A DNA stretch of 64,000 nucleotides. It comes from Acetobacter sp. CAG:977. GTDB taxonomy: Bacteria > Pseudomonadota > Alphaproteobacteria > CAAGCB01 > CAG-977. Positions 49,990 to 60,753 of the stretch are shown here, one piece after another. How positions within the stretch are numbered: the stretch's first letter is position 1; the number at the start of each line of letters is the position of its first letter. The position numbers and the translations under genes are program-made. The notes under the pieces were generated by a model, which was given only the letters and a program-made list of their open reading frames with translations, ran no database searches and was not told where the DNA came from. The DNA is taken from contig HF994935.1 in NCBI GenBank assembly GCA_000434295.1, positions 564,588-628,587 on the forward strand. Reading direction: 5' to 3'.

Positions 49990-50928
49990 ATGAACGCATA
50001 TTTTCGTATTGCTGCCTGCATTTTTTTCGCTTCCGCTTTTTCCGCGTCCGATGCGGCGGCGCAACCCGTCGTCGTGACCGAAGCGGAAACCGTAGCTTTA
50101 AGCTCTGCGACGCCCCGAACGGCGACCGAAACGATGCAGGATTTTATCCGTTCCGAAGAATCCCGCGTTTGTTCCGAACTTAAAAAGTTCGCTCGTCAGA
50201 CGATATTGAAAGACCCCGCCGTTTTAAGCGCGTCTGAAGAACGTGATACATCGGATATGATGGAAGCAGCGGATAAATACGCACGCATTTTGGCAAAAGA
50301 CTTTGATGCCGAATATCTGTTTTATTATCCGAATACGCGCTTTTTTGTCAGAGTGGGGGATAAGAATTATCGCGGCAGAATGAGGATTCCAGCGGAATTG
50401 TCGGAAACGTCTTCTTCTTGTTTTTGGGAACGCCTGCCTTCGGATGACGTTGTGTACAGCGTTCTTTTAAAGCTAAAGGGAGAAAAGTCAGGCTACATAA
50501 AAATATCCAAAGCATTGCCCCGAATGGTCGGTAATTTGCCCGATACGCTCTTCGGTTTCGGAAAAGTCAGAGTTTATACGGCTCTGGATAAAATAGGTCT
50601 TAACAAAATGGCGTGGTTTAAAATGCGCCGCCGCGAAGCAAACCCGACGGTCGGAGCCGGATGGTGCACGGCGGAAAATTTAGCCTTTTTAAGCTCAATC
50701 GGATCAGGAAGAAAACTTGAACCCAAAACGCAAAAGAAAATTCTGTCTTTAATCGATTTAAATCAGGATTTTTCTTACGAAGAATTAAATCTGACGGGAG
50801 GGACGTTCCCCGTCGTCGGCATTGACGGACAACGTTTGGGGGCGATTGTTTATACGATAACGCCCGAAGAAACGGTTATTCCGAAGCTTGAAAGCAAAAC
50901 ACCGAACGAAACGGATGCGAAAAAATAA
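49990..50928 (+). CDS. Secreted hypothetical protein
   Basis: Signal peptide (IFFASAFSASDAAAQ); 22-nt gap after valS; followed by terminator 50934..50958. Confidence 0.45.
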   Translation: MNAYFRIAACIFFASAFSASDAAAQPVVVTEAETVALSSATPRTATETMQDFIRSEESRVCSELKKFARQTILKDPAVLSASEERDTSDMMEAADKYARILAKDFDAEYLFYYPNTRFFVRVGDKNYRGRMRIPAELSETSSSCFWERLPSDDVVYSVLLKLKGEKSGYIKISKALPRMVGNLPDTLFGFGKVRVYTALDKIGLNKMAWFKMRRREANPTVGAGWCTAENLAFLSSIGSGRKLEPKTQKKILSLIDLNQDFSYEELNLTGGTFPVVGIDGQRLGAIVYTITPEETVIPKLESKTPNETDAKK

Positions 50929-51007
50929 AAAAAGGGGAAATCTTCCCCTTTTTATTTTGCCGGAATCACCTTATTTATTTTTATATAAACTCAGAAAAAG
51001 GAAGAAA

Positions 51008-51985
51008 ATGTTTAAGCGTATCGGTCTGTTTTTAGTTTTAAACTTTGTGGTGTTGATAACGATTTCCGTTTTGGTTCGGTTGTTGGGCGTTGACCGCTGG
51101 CTGACGGCGAACGGGATTGATTATGCTCAATTGATGGCGTTTTCGGCGGTTTGCGGCTTTACGGGTTCGTTTATTTCTTTGATGATGTCGAAAAGTATTG
51201 CCAAAATGACGACGGGGGCATCCGTTATTTCGTCTCCGCGAAATGAAACAGAGGCTTGGCTGCTTTCGACGGTTCGTGATTTGTCGGACAGAGCAGGGTT
51301 AAAAATGCCCGAAGTCGCGATTTATGAAGGGACGCCGAATGCTTTTGCGACGGGAGCCTTTAAAGACGATGCGCTTGTTGCGGTTTCCACGGGATTGATG
51401 CAGGGGATGACGCGCCCTCAGATACGAGCCGTTTTGGCTCATGAGGTTTCTCATATTCGCAACGGCGACATGGTAACGATGACGTTATTGCAGGGCGTTT
51501 TGAATACGTTTGTGTTCTTTTTTGCCAGAGTAGCCGCATTGTTTTTGCAAAACCGCGGCAGTTCGGACGGAGAACGGCGTATCGGCGGTTTCAGCTATTA
51601 TGTTGTTGTTCCCGTTTTTGAGATTTTGTTCGGTATTTTGGCAAGTATTCTGTCATGTGCTTTTTCAAGACATAGAGAATATCGTGCTGATGCGGGCGCG
51701 GCAGAGCTGACGGGACGCCCCGAAGATATGATTGACGCGTTGAGGGCACTCGGACGCATGGAATCCGAACCGTTGCCCTCTGAAATGAAAGCGTTCGGAA
51801 TTACGGATTTACCGTCATTTTCGGAATTGTTTTCGACGCATCCGCCTTTGTCATCCCGTATAGAGGCGTTGAGCGGACTTTCTTCGGGAAAAACGGAATC
51901 TTCCGTCGAGCGGGGAGAACGTCGTCGTTCCACCGGAGGATTATTCGGAGAAGTTAATTCGGACGATCATTCTCCATGGTCATAA
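51008..51985 (+). CDS. htpX: M48 zinc protease HtpX
   Basis: HEVSHIRNGD zinc site, 4 TM helices; start trimmed to MFKRIGL (ATG 51008). Confidence 0.85.
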   Translation: MFKRIGLFLVLNFVVLITISVLVRLLGVDRWLTANGIDYAQLMAFSAVCGFTGSFISLMMSKSIAKMTTGASVISSPRNETEAWLLSTVRDLSDRAGLKMPEVAIYEGTPNAFATGAFKDDALVAVSTGLMQGMTRPQIRAVLAHEVSHIRNGDMVTMTLLQGVLNTFVFFFARVAALFLQNRGSSDGERRIGGFSYYVVVPVFEILFGILASILSCAFSRHREYRADAGAAELTGRPEDMIDALRALGRMESEPLPSEMKAFGITDLPSFSELFSTHPPLSSRIEALSGLSSGKTESSVERGERRRSTGGLFGEVNSDDHSPWS

Positions 51986-52020
51986 ACAATGAATTTCATA
52001 AATGAAAAGCCTCCGAAAAG

Positions 52021-52045
52021 GAGGCTTTTTTATTGCTCTTTATGA
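52021..52045 (+). terminator. Terminator agcctcc-gaaaa-ggaggct + T-run (copy 1 of a repeated element)
   Basis: Perfect 7-bp stem; shares 17-nt upstream identity with copy at 52742. Confidence 0.65.
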
Positions 52046-52157
52046 AATGATTAAGTAAATTAAAACGGAAATGCAGGCATACGTTGCTCTATTAAAACAC
52101 CATTTAAAACAAAGCTTATCAGACGAGCTGTATAAATAATGAATAACGGAGTTTGAA

Positions 52158-52730
52158 ATGAAGAAATTCTTGTTTTTTGCCCTATTTCTTTTAAGCGGTT
52201 GCGGCACCCTTCTTCATGGAGAACAGCAGAAAATTTTTATCGACAGCCAACCGTCCGGCGTAAAAATATATCACAATGGAAAACTTGTAGGAACAACGCC
52301 GTGCGATATCATGTTGGAACGAGGACGCTATTCAACACGTCTGTTGGCAAAGTCCGAAGGGTATCATAACCAGTTTATTTCTTTGGACAGCACGGTAAGT
52401 TCGGGCGGGATTCTTGATATAGTTTCTGCTGTTGCTTCGATTTCCGGAACAACCGGAATTACAACGGATATAGCGAATGAATCTTTTTGGGAATATATGC
52501 CGAATCAATTTTATATTGATATGGTAAAAATCGGAGAAAACAAAAAAACGACCAAGTTAGCCATGTTTATTACAAAGAATTACGATAAATTGCAGACGGA
52601 AGCCGTTTCGGAAGAGGGGGAAACACTTGATGCTCTGTCGGCATTGACGAAAATGTCGGTGTCCGAGCTTGTTCCGATTATCAGAAGCACGACTTATCCG
52701 TCAGAACTGGTTAAATATCTTGAACCGTAA
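52158..52730 (+). CDS. Lipoprotein, hypothetical
   Basis: Lipobox LLSGCGT, 190 aa. Confidence 0.5.
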   Translation: MKKFLFFALFLLSGCGTLLHGEQQKIFIDSQPSGVKIYHNGKLVGTTPCDIMLERGRYSTRLLAKSEGYHNQFISLDSTVSSGGILDIVSAVASISGTTGITTDIANESFWEYMPNQFYIDMVKIGENKKTTKLAMFITKNYDKLQTEAVSEEGETLDALSALTKMSVSELVPIIRSTTYPSELVKYLEP

Positions 52731-52747
52731 AAGATGAAAAGCCTCCG

Positions 52748-52773
52748 AAAGGAGGCTTTTTTTTATCTCATGC
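52748..52773. terminator. Bidirectional terminator agcctcc-gaaa-ggaggct (copy 2)
   Basis: Same hairpin as 52021; T-run 8 nt. Confidence 0.65.
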
Positions 52774-53458
52774 TTTTAATAACGTTGTCCAAAGTCGTAA
52801 ACATTTCTTTGAACATTTCAGGGGTCAGCTTTCCCGTATTTACGTTATAACGAGAGCTGTGATAGCTGTCGACAAGCTTAACGGGACGCCCTTTGAACGT
52901 CAGGTCGTGAACGGCGGCATGCGCAAATTTAAAAGCGCTTTTCTTTTCTCCGAACGCTGATAACACAGCACCGTGAGACACCGTTCCGAGTGCCAAGACG
53001 GCTTTTAAATTCGGCATAGAGTTAATTTCCGACTTTAAAAAACGGTTACAAGTATTTGTTTCAGAACCAGTTACTTTGTTTTCGGGCGGTACGCAACGTA
53101 CGGCATTCGTCAGCCTAGCATTCGTCAATACAACGCCGTCGTCGGGGCTTGCTTTATATTCGCCCGTCGCATATCCGAATTCAATCAGCATGCCGTACAA
53201 AAGGTTTCCCGCAAAGTCGCCCGTAAAAGGACGCCCCGTCCTGTTGGCTCCTTTTAATCCCGGAGCCAGTCCGACAATCAGCAATTCGGCATTTAAGTTG
53301 CCGAAAGAAGGGACGGTGGCATTCCAAAACGACGGATAAAGAGCTCTGTTTTTATCAAGAAAAGCCGCCAGCCTCGGGCATAAGCGGCAATTCTTGTCAG
53401 GAGAAAGCGGTAAATCAGGGGACATAATCAGAATTTTCTTCATCCGGTGTTGCGTCAT
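52763..53458 (-). CDS. Uracil-DNA glycosylase, family 4
   Basis: CRLCPRL.., LLIVGLAPGLKGANRTGRPFTGD motif; 231 aa. Confidence 0.72.
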   Translation of the reverse strand: MTQHRMKKILIMSPDLPLSPDKNCRLCPRLAAFLDKNRALYPSFWNATVPSFGNLNAELLIVGLAPGLKGANRTGRPFTGDFAGNLLYGMLIEFGYATGEYKASPDDGVVLTNARLTNAVRCVPPENKVTGSETNTCNRFLKSEINSMPNLKAVLALGTVSHGAVLSAFGEKKSAFKFAHAAVHDLTFKGRPVKLVDSYHSSRYNVNTGKLTPEMFKEMFTTLDNVIKSMR

Positions 53459-54095
53459 ACAAAGCGCTTTGAGCTTTCAAAACAGCGGGATCAAGCTTTG
53501 CACTTTGCGGCGAACGCGAAATATTCGGAGCCAAATCGGACAAATCCGTATAGTGGTCAGCCTGACGGCGCAGTTCGTCGGCGACCATCGGCGGCTGAGA
53601 CTGAACCGTGCTGACGACGGTAACGCGAACGCCTTTGCGTTGGACGGCTTCGACCAAGCTTCTAAAGTCGCCGTCGCCCGAAAATAAAATGGCGTGGTCT
53701 ATGTTTTCTGCCATTTCCATCAAATCGACAGCCAATTCGATATCCATATTTCCTTTGATTTTTCTGCGTCCCAGAGCGTCGGTAAATTCTTTTGTCGGCT
53801 TTGTAACCATCGTATATCCGTTATAATCCAGCCAATCAACCAACGGACGGATCGGCGAATATTCCTGATCTTCGACCAGAGCGGTATAGTAAAAGGCGCG
53901 GATTAAACGTCCTTTTGTGGAAAAAAAGTCCAAAAGCTTTTTATAGTCAATGTCGAACCCCAACGCCCGTGCGGCGGCATAAAGGTTTGAACCGTCAATA
54001 AACAAAGCGATTTTTTCGCCGGCATAACAACGCATAAAATTATTCCTTTCAATATGTTGTTTATATAAGTATAACGAAATACAGGATAACGGCAA
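53415..54095 (-). CDS. NYN-domain (LabA/DUF88-like) protein
   Basis: IALFIDGSNLYAAARALGFDIDYKKLL.. typical NYN N-terminus; overlaps UDG start by 44 nt. Confidence 0.6.
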   Translation of the reverse strand: MPLSCISLYLYKQHIERNNFMRCYAGEKIALFIDGSNLYAAARALGFDIDYKKLLDFFSTKGRLIRAFYYTALVEDQEYSPIRPLVDWLDYNGYTMVTKPTKEFTDALGRRKIKGNMDIELAVDLMEMAENIDHAILFSGDGDFRSLVEAVQRKGVRVTVVSTVQSQPPMVADELRRQADHYTDLSDLAPNISRSPQSAKLDPAVLKAQSALYDATPDEENSDYVP

Positions 54096-54112
54096 AAAAG
54101 GAAAAATCCAAG

Positions 54113-54601
54113 ATGATTCTTATCGGCACGGGCGGCAATTTGGACAGTTCATTCGGAACGGTGTATCGAACGCTGGACAAAGCATTTGAGCTTTTGGAAC
54201 AACGGGGGTGTTTGATTGAGAAGTGTTCGGGGTGGTATAAAACGGCACCCGTTCCGATTTCGTCTCAGCCTTGGTATCATAATCGCGTTTTTTCGATCAA
54301 AACGGAACAACGCCCGCAAGAGCTTATAAAGACGTTGCTTGGCGTTGAAGCCGATCTCGGTCGCGTCAGGACGGTTAAAAACGCCGCAAGAGTCCTTGAT
54401 TTGGATTTGTTGGCGTATAATGAAGAAATTATAAACGAACCGCCCGAAACGATAGTTCCTCATCCGCGGATGCATTTGCGGGCATTTGTGCTGTACCCGA
54501 TGTCCGAGATTGCGCCGGATTGGATACATCCCGTTTTAAAACAAAGCATTTCAGAATTAATTCGCCTTTTACCCGCGGATCAGGAAATAATAAAAGAATA
54601 G
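54113..54601 (+). CDS. folK: 2-amino-4-hydroxy-6-hydroxymethyldihydropteridine pyrophosphokinase
   Basis: 162 aa; ILIGTGGNL.., ..VLDLDLL.. HPPK motifs. Confidence 0.8.
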   Translation: MILIGTGGNLDSSFGTVYRTLDKAFELLEQRGCLIEKCSGWYKTAPVPISSQPWYHNRVFSIKTEQRPQELIKTLLGVEADLGRVRTVKNAARVLDLDLLAYNEEIINEPPETIVPHPRMHLRAFVLYPMSEIAPDWIHPVLKQSISELIRLLPADQEIIKE

Positions 54602-54683
54602 GCTTGCAATTTCGACAAAAAAAGCAGATATATGCAATATGCCCTAAGGCTGAATCTGTTTATTTTTATCGAGAGAAAAAGAC

Positions 54684-55055
54684 ATGGCACGCGTTACCGT
54701 AGAAGATTGCGTTTTAAAAGTACCCAACCGTTTTGAATTGGTTTTAATGGCTGCCCAGAGGGCGAAAGATATCAGCGCCGGGGCACCTTTGACGGTTGAT
54801 CGCGACCGCGATAAAAATCCCGTTGTCGCTTTGCGTGAAATCGCGGAAGAAACGATCAATCTGGATAATTTGGAAAATTCGCTGATTTCCGGAATGCAAA
54901 AGTTCGTCAAACCCGAAGAAACGGCTTCCGAACAAAACGAAATCAAAGAAGCCGAAGCCGAATTGGCCGCTTTGAACGAACAATTTGCGTATGTGAACGA
55001 TGCTCAGCAGGAAGTCGCTGCCGCCGGTTCTTTCGAGGTTTCCGAAGAACCCTGA
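54684..55055 (+). CDS. rpoZ: DNA-directed RNA polymerase subunit omega
   Basis: [24 protein letters not shown] signature. Confidence 0.85.
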   Translation: MARVTVEDCVLKVPNRFELVLMAAQRAKDISAGAPLTVDRDRDKNPVVALREIAEETINLDNLENSLISGMQKFVKPEETASEQNEIKEAEAELAALNEQFAYVNDAQQEVAAAGSFEVSEEP

Positions 55056-55079
55056 CCTTTTTAGAAAAAGGCGGCAAAG

Positions 55080-57239
55080 ATGCTCCGACAGTTTGAATTG
55101 GTCGAACGGGTCCGTTCTTATGACCCCGATGTTGACGAAGAAGGTCTGGATCGGGCATACGTCTTTGCCGTCAAAATGCACGGGTCTCAGAAGCGCGCTT
55201 CGGGAGACCCGTACTTTTCCCATCCTGTCGAAGTCGCGGGTATCCTGACGGAATATAAGCTTGATTATGCTTCCATCGTTACGGCTTTGTTGCACGACAC
55301 GATTGAAGATACCGCCGCAACCTATGAAGATATCAAAGACCTCTTCGGCGAGGAAATTGCCAAGCTGGTTGAAGGCGTTACGAAATTAAGCAAGCTTCAG
55401 CTTCAGTCCGACCAAACGAAGCAGGCGGAAAATTTCCGCAAGCTTTTGTTGGCGATGTCGGATGACATTCGCGTTTTGCTGGTCAAGCTGGCAGACCGTC
55501 TTCATAATATGCGGACGCTTCACTTTTTCAAAAATCCCGAAAAGCGCCGCCGCATCGCGACGGAAACAATGGAAATCTATGCGCCTCTGGCCGAGCGCAT
55601 CGGCATGCAGGAAATGAAAAACGAGCTGGAAGAACTGGCTTTTAAAGAACTGCATCCTGAAGCCTATGAATCCATCAAAGCCCGTTTGTCTTTTTTGCGC
55701 GAGCAGGGTGGGGATTTAGTTTCCCGCATTATTAAAGCCCTTTACGACGATTTGAAGGATTCTGGTATTCAGGTCGAAATCACGGGGCGCGAAAAAACCC
55801 CTTATTCCATTTGGCGCAAAATGCAGCGTCAGAACGCCACGTTTGAACAGCTGTCCGATATTATAGCTTTCCGCATCATTGTGCCGACGGTTGCCGACTG
55901 TTACCATGTGTTGGGGATAATCCATACGAAATATCCCATGGTTCCCGGGCGCTATAAAGACTACATTTCCACGCCGAAGCCGAACGGATACAAATCTTTG
56001 CATACGGGCGTCATAGGTCCTGAAAAGCACCGTATCGAGATACAAATCAGAACAAAGGAAATGCACGAGATTGCCGAAATCGGCGTTGCGGCGCATTGGC
56101 GTTATAAACAAGGGGATTACAAAACGGACGGTCGCCAGTTCCGTTGGATGCGCGAACTGTTGGACATTATGGAACAGGCGGATAATCCCGAAGAATTTTT
56201 GGAACACACGAAACTGGAAATGTATCAGGATCAGGTGTTCTGTTTTTCTCCGAAAGGGGACTTGATTACGCTGCCCAAAAACGCTACGCCCGTTGATTTT
56301 GCGTATGCGGTTCATTCAGGGGTGGGAAACCGTTGCGTCGGAGCTAAGATTAACGGCAAGATCCGGCCGTTAAGGACGATTTTAAATAACGGCGACCAAG
56401 TGGAAATTTTAACGTCCAAGACGCAAAATCCGTCTCCGGAATGGGAACGTTTTGTCGTAACGGGCAAAGCCAGAGCTGCAGTACGCCGTTTTGTACGTGC
56501 TCAAAAGCGCGAACAATATCTTGAAGCCGGTCGTCAGATTTTACAGCGCGCTTATAAAAACGAAGGATATGAATATACGGACAAGAGCTTGGAAAACGTT
56601 TTGTCGAATTTCAAGCAAACGGAAGTCGAAGATTTAATTGCGGCGGTCGGAGAAGGGTTGATACAGGCTTCCGATGTTGTTGACGCCGTTTTTCCGGGAC
56701 ACAAGTCTCGTTTTGTGCGCGTTGTTGATGCGATTAAGCGTTCGGCAAAGAAAATCAGCGACAAAGTCCCCGATCATAAAAAACACGATAATATGCCGAT
56801 TAACGGTTTAATTCCGGGATTGGCTGTCAATTTTGCAAAATGCTGCCATCCCTTGCCCGGTGACAGGATTGTAGGGATTGTAACGACGGGAAAGGGCGTT
56901 ACCGTTCATACGATAGACTGTGTGACGTTGGAAAAATATTCTGCTGAACCGGAACGTTGGCTGGATATTTCGTGGAATGAAGACGTCGTTTCGGAAGAAA
57001 GCCATGTTTCCAGAATTCGCTTGGTTTTGGTAAATCAGCCCGGCAGTCTCGGGACACTTTCGACGGTTATTGCAAAGAATCACGGCAATATCAGCAATCT
57101 GAAGATACTGAGCCGAACTGCGGGATTTTTTGAGCTAACCGTGGATATAGAAGTCCGTGACGTCCGCCATTTAAATGATATCATGGCAGCATTAAGGGCG
57201 TGTCCCGGCATCAGTTCGGTTCGCCGTTCACAGGATTAA
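55080..57239 (+). CDS. spoT: Bifunctional (p)ppGpp synthetase/hydrolase (Rsh/SpoT)
   Basis: HD domain ([17 protein letters not shown]), synthetase (..YKSLHT.., RTKEMH), TGS, ACT; 719 aa. Confidence 0.92.
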   Translation: MLRQFELVERVRSYDPDVDEEGLDRAYVFAVKMHGSQKRASGDPYFSHPVEVAGILTEYKLDYASIVTALLHDTIEDTAATYEDIKDLFGEEIAKLVEGVTKLSKLQLQSDQTKQAENFRKLLLAMSDDIRVLLVKLADRLHNMRTLHFFKNPEKRRRIATETMEIYAPLAERIGMQEMKNELEELAFKELHPEAYESIKARLSFLREQGGDLVSRIIKALYDDLKDSGIQVEITGREKTPYSIWRKMQRQNATFEQLSDIIAFRIIVPTVADCYHVLGIIHTKYPMVPGRYKDYISTPKPNGYKSLHTGVIGPEKHRIEIQIRTKEMHEIAEIGVAAHWRYKQGDYKTDGRQFRWMRELLDIMEQADNPEEFLEHTKLEMYQDQVFCFSPKGDLITLPKNATPVDFAYAVHSGVGNRCVGAKINGKIRPLRTILNNGDQVEILTSKTQNPSPEWERFVVTGKARAAVRRFVRAQKREQYLEAGRQILQRAYKNEGYEYTDKSLENVLSNFKQTEVEDLIAAVGEGLIQASDVVDAVFPGHKSRFVRVVDAIKRSAKKISDKVPDHKKHDNMPINGLIPGLAVNFAKCCHPLPGDRIVGIVTTGKGVTVHTIDCVTLEKYSAEPERWLDISWNEDVVSEESHVSRIRLVLVNQPGSLGTLSTVIAKNHGNISNLKILSRTAGFFELTVDIEVRDVRHLNDIMAALRACPGISSVRRSQD

Positions 57240-57241
57240 AG

Positions 57242-57661
57242 ATGATTATCGGCATCGGGACGGATTTAGTGGACATACGTCGGATTGAACGCGTTTTGGA
57301 GCGTTCGGGCGAAGCGTTTTGCCGCAGGATCTACACAAAAAATGAACGGGCTTTGTGCGATGCGAGAGGGGCAAAGTCGGCAAAAAAACGGGCTTCGGCT
57401 TATGCGATGAGGTTTGCGGCGAAGGAAGCGTGTTCCAAAGCTTTGGGAACGGGACTTTCCAAAGGAGTCTTCTGGCGTGATATGGAAAATTCCCATCTGG
57501 CGGGAGGACGACCGATATTAACGTTGACGGGCGGTGCTTTAAAACGATTAAATGAATTGACGCCGGCGGGAAAACGTGCCGCGATTCATGTTTCAATGAC
57601 GGATGAATATCCGATGGCGCAGGCTGTTGTGATTTTAAGCGCGGAAGACATATCCGAATAA
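57242..57661 (+). CDS. acpS: Holo-[acyl-carrier-protein] synthase
   Basis: [16 protein letters not shown]; start trimmed from overlapping longer ORF. Confidence 0.8.
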   Translation: MIIGIGTDLVDIRRIERVLERSGEAFCRRIYTKNERALCDARGAKSAKKRASAYAMRFAAKEACSKALGTGLSKGVFWRDMENSHLAGGRPILTLTGGALKRLNELTPAGKRAAIHVSMTDEYPMAQAVVILSAEDISE

Positions 57662-57684
57662 ATTCTGAAAGAGGACTCTGAGAA

Positions 57685-58416
57685 ATGGAAGAAAAATCCG
57701 GTTTTTGGGATACGGTAAAGACGTTGTTTTATGCGGCGTTGATCGCTTTATTTGTCAGAACGGTTTTTGTTGAACCGTTCAGCATTCCGTCAGGGTCAAT
57801 GATTCCGTCTTTGTTGGTTGGAGATTATCTGTTTGTTTCAAAGATGTCTTACGGATACAGCAGACATTCTTTACCGTTAAGCATGCCTTTGATCAAAGGT
57901 CGGATTTTTTATGAAGAACCGAAACAGGGCGACGTTATCGTCTTTAAGCTTCCTTCGGATAATCGTACGGATTATATCAAACGTCTGATCGGCATGCCCG
58001 GCGATAAAATTCAAGTCAAACAGGGGCGGCTGTACATTAACGGCAAACAAATAGAACGTATTGCGGACAAAGATTTCGTAATGCGCGACGAACGCGGAAA
58101 AGCCATGCGTTTCGACCGCTATATCGAAGTTTTGCCGAACGGCGTCCGCCATCCGATTATTGAAATGTCGGACGAAGGGCCTTTTGATAATACGGAAGAA
58201 TTTACGGTACCCGAAGGTCATTTCTTTATGATGGGGGACAACAGAGACAATTCGCTGGACAGCCGATCGGTCAAGGTCGGATTTGTTCCCGCCGTAAATC
58301 TTGTCGGCAGGGCGAAATTTTTGTTTTTCTCGAACGACGGAACGGCTCGCTGGTGGGAAATATGGAAATGGCCGATGGCGGTGCGCTGGTCTCGCTTGTT
58401 TAACGGGATTCATTAA
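57685..58416 (+). CDS. lepB: Signal peptidase I
   Basis: SGSMIPSL (Ser box), KRLIGMPGD (Lys box), GDNRDNSLDSR. Confidence 0.92.
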   Translation: MEEKSGFWDTVKTLFYAALIALFVRTVFVEPFSIPSGSMIPSLLVGDYLFVSKMSYGYSRHSLPLSMPLIKGRIFYEEPKQGDVIVFKLPSDNRTDYIKRLIGMPGDKIQVKQGRLYINGKQIERIADKDFVMRDERGKAMRFDRYIEVLPNGVRHPIIEMSDEGPFDNTEEFTVPEGHFFMMGDNRDNSLDSRSVKVGFVPAVNLVGRAKFLFFSNDGTARWWEIWKWPMAVRWSRLFNGIH

Positions 58417-58418
58417 TC

Positions 58419-59120
58419 ATGATATTCGGCAAAGATTACAAAGAACTCTATGCTCCGTTAAAATATTCGTTTAAAGACGAGCGTCTTTTAAAGCAAGCCG
58501 TAACGCTGGGGTTCGGAAATTACTTTATCGGATATGAGCGTTTGGAATTTCTGGGCGACCGCGTCTTAGGGCTGATTGTTGCGGATATGCTGTTTCATGC
58601 GTATCCCAAGGAAGCCGAAGGCGATTTGGCAAAACGCCACTCTGAATTGGTCAAGGCGGAAACTTTGGCTGTCGTTGCCGAAGAATTGAAATTGGGCGAT
58701 TATTTTATTTTTCCCAAAAGCGAAAAGAATTCCGTGGACAAACATTCCAAGACGTTGCTTTCCGACGTTTGCGAAGCCGTGATTGCGGCGTTGTATTTGG
58801 ACGGGGGATTTGAAACGGCAAAAGAGTTCGTGGAACGTTTTTGGACGCCCTTGATGAAGGAAAGCAAAAAGCCTCCCGTTGATGCTAAAACGGCTTTGCA
58901 GGAATGGGCTCAGGGACGCAAGCTGCCTTTGCCCGAATACAAGGTTTTAAGCATCAGCGGTCCCGACCACGACCCTGTTTTTGTTATGGAAGTAACGGTT
59001 AAGGGGTATCCTCCCGCAACGGCAGAAGGCAGCTCCAAGCGCGAAGCGGGGCGTGCGGCGGCGGAAGCGGGGCGTGCGGCGGCGGCGGCTTTGTTAAAGG
59101 CGGTACATTTCGATGGCTGA
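58419..59120 (+). CDS. rnc: Ribonuclease III (contains 21-bp in-frame tandem duplication near 3' end)
   Basis: ERLEFLGD RNase III signature, dsRBD; C-terminal EAGRAAA x2. Confidence 0.92.
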   Translation: MIFGKDYKELYAPLKYSFKDERLLKQAVTLGFGNYFIGYERLEFLGDRVLGLIVADMLFHAYPKEAEGDLAKRHSELVKAETLAVVAEELKLGDYFIFPKSEKNSVDKHSKTLLSDVCEAVIAALYLDGGFETAKEFVERFWTPLMKESKKPPVDAKTALQEWAQGRKLPLPEYKVLSISGPDHDPVFVMEVTVKGYPPATAEGSSKREAGRAAAEAGRAAAAALLKAVHFDG

Positions 59121-60009
59121 GACGAAATGCGGCTTTGCAACGTTGCTGGGGGCACCGAACGCGGGAAAATCGACGTTGGTCAATTATATGGTCGGCGCAA
59201 AAGTGTCGATTGTTTCGCCGAAAGTGCAAACGACGCGTTCAAGAGTTCGCGGAATCTTTGTTAAAGACAACTGTGAAATTGTTCTGGTGGATACGCCGGG
59301 GATATTCAAGCCCCGACGTCGGCTGGATCGGGCTATGGTTGCGTCGGCTTGGAGCGAAGCGGAATTTTGCGATGTCAGACTTTTGGTCGTTGATGCGAAA
59401 CGGGGGCTGGACGACGACACGCGTTCCATTGTCCGTTCTTTGCAAAAGAACAAAGAAAAAGCGTCTTTGGTTTTAAACAAAGTCGATTTGGTTAAAGGGG
59501 AACGGCTCTTGAAATTGTCGCGAGAGCTGAACGAATTATATTCTTTTGATGCAACCTTTATGGTTTCCGCGTTAAGCGGAGACGGCATCAATGATTTGGA
59601 AAAATATTTGATTTCCAAAATGCCCGAAGGTCCTTTTATGTTTCCCGAAGATCAGGTTTCCGATTTGCCGAACCGCTTGTTGGCAGCGGAAATCACGCGA
59701 GAAAAGCTTTATTTGAATTTGCGCGACGAATTGCCGTACGCTTTGACGGTCGAAACGGAAATGTGGAAAGACAATCCGGACGGCAGTTCAAGGATAGAAC
59801 AAACGATTTATGTCGAAAAAGACAATCAGCGCCGCATTATTTTAGGCAAGGGCGGCTCTATGATAAAAAAGATAGGTTCTCAGTCCCGCCAAGAACTGGA
59901 AGAACTGTTTGAAAGCCGCATACATTTATTTTTATTTGTCAAAGTCCGCGAAAAATGGGGCGACGATCCTGCTAGATATCGGGATTGGGGGCTTGATTTT
60001 AATGCCTGA
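59113..60009 (+). CDS. era: GTPase Era
   Basis: GAPNAGKST, DTPG, NKVD G-motifs, KH domain. Confidence 0.92.
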   Translation: MAETKCGFATLLGAPNAGKSTLVNYMVGAKVSIVSPKVQTTRSRVRGIFVKDNCEIVLVDTPGIFKPRRRLDRAMVASAWSEAEFCDVRLLVVDAKRGLDDDTRSIVRSLQKNKEKASLVLNKVDLVKGERLLKLSRELNELYSFDATFMVSALSGDGINDLEKYLISKMPEGPFMFPEDQVSDLPNRLLAAEITREKLYLNLRDELPYALTVETEMWKDNPDGSSRIEQTIYVEKDNQRRIILGKGGSMIKKIGSQSRQELEELFESRIHLFLFVKVREKWGDDPARYRDWGLDFNA

Positions 60010-60742
60010 GTGGGCGGATACGGGGATAGTCCTGTCTGTTAAGCGGTACGGGGAAAACGATGCCGTTGTTTCTTTTTTGACTTCTGCGCACGGCAGACAT
60101 TCCGGATTGTGCAAAGGGGCGTTTGGCAAACGTCAGGCAGGAACGTTTCAGCAAGGTAATCTTGTAAAGTTGCGTTGGAAAGCCCGTTTGGAAGAACATT
60201 TGGGGACGGTTTTTGCCGAATTGGCAGAGGCTTATGCCGTTCGCGTCATGAATGATTCGCACAGATTGACGGCGTTGTCTTGTTTGTGCGCGATGTCGGA
60301 TTTGTTGCCGGAACGGGAAGATCTGTCGGGATTTTTTGAAAAAACGCTGGAACAGATTGTGCTGTTGCCGTTTGACGGTTTTGAAGAACGCTATGTCCGA
60401 TGGGAATTGGATTTGCTGGCTTTATCAGGCTTCGGGATGGATTTGACGCACTGCGCGTTAAGCGGAACGACGGAAAATTTGGCTTATGTTTCTCCGAAAT
60501 CCGGACGGGCAGTCAATGCGGCGGCGGCCGAACCTTGGAAAGACCGTCTTCTGCCTTTGCCCGAATTTTTAACAGTCCCTGCCATGGCGCCGAAAAATCT
60601 TCAAGAGATGAAAGATGCGTTTTCTTTAACGGGTTTTTTTCTTGAAAATTACCTTTCAAAAACGCTAGACTGCCGTATTCCTTCTGTCAGGGCGCGTTTT
60701 GTCGCGGCCGTATGCAACGGCGGCGAAGGAGATAAGATTTAA
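60002..60742 (+). CDS. recO: DNA repair protein RecO
   Basis: N-terminal OB fold ([13 protein letters not shown]); start trimmed to ATG 60002 overlapping era stop by 8 nt. Confidence 0.78.
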   Translation: MPEWADTGIVLSVKRYGENDAVVSFLTSAHGRHSGLCKGAFGKRQAGTFQQGNLVKLRWKARLEEHLGTVFAELAEAYAVRVMNDSHRLTALSCLCAMSDLLPEREDLSGFFEKTLEQIVLLPFDGFEERYVRWELDLLALSGFGMDLTHCALSGTTENLAYVSPKSGRAVNAAAAEPWKDRLLPLPEFLTVPAMAPKNLQEMKDAFSLTGFFLENYLSKTLDCRIPSVRARFVAAVCNGGEGDKI

Positions 60743-60753
60743 AGGCTGACAAA

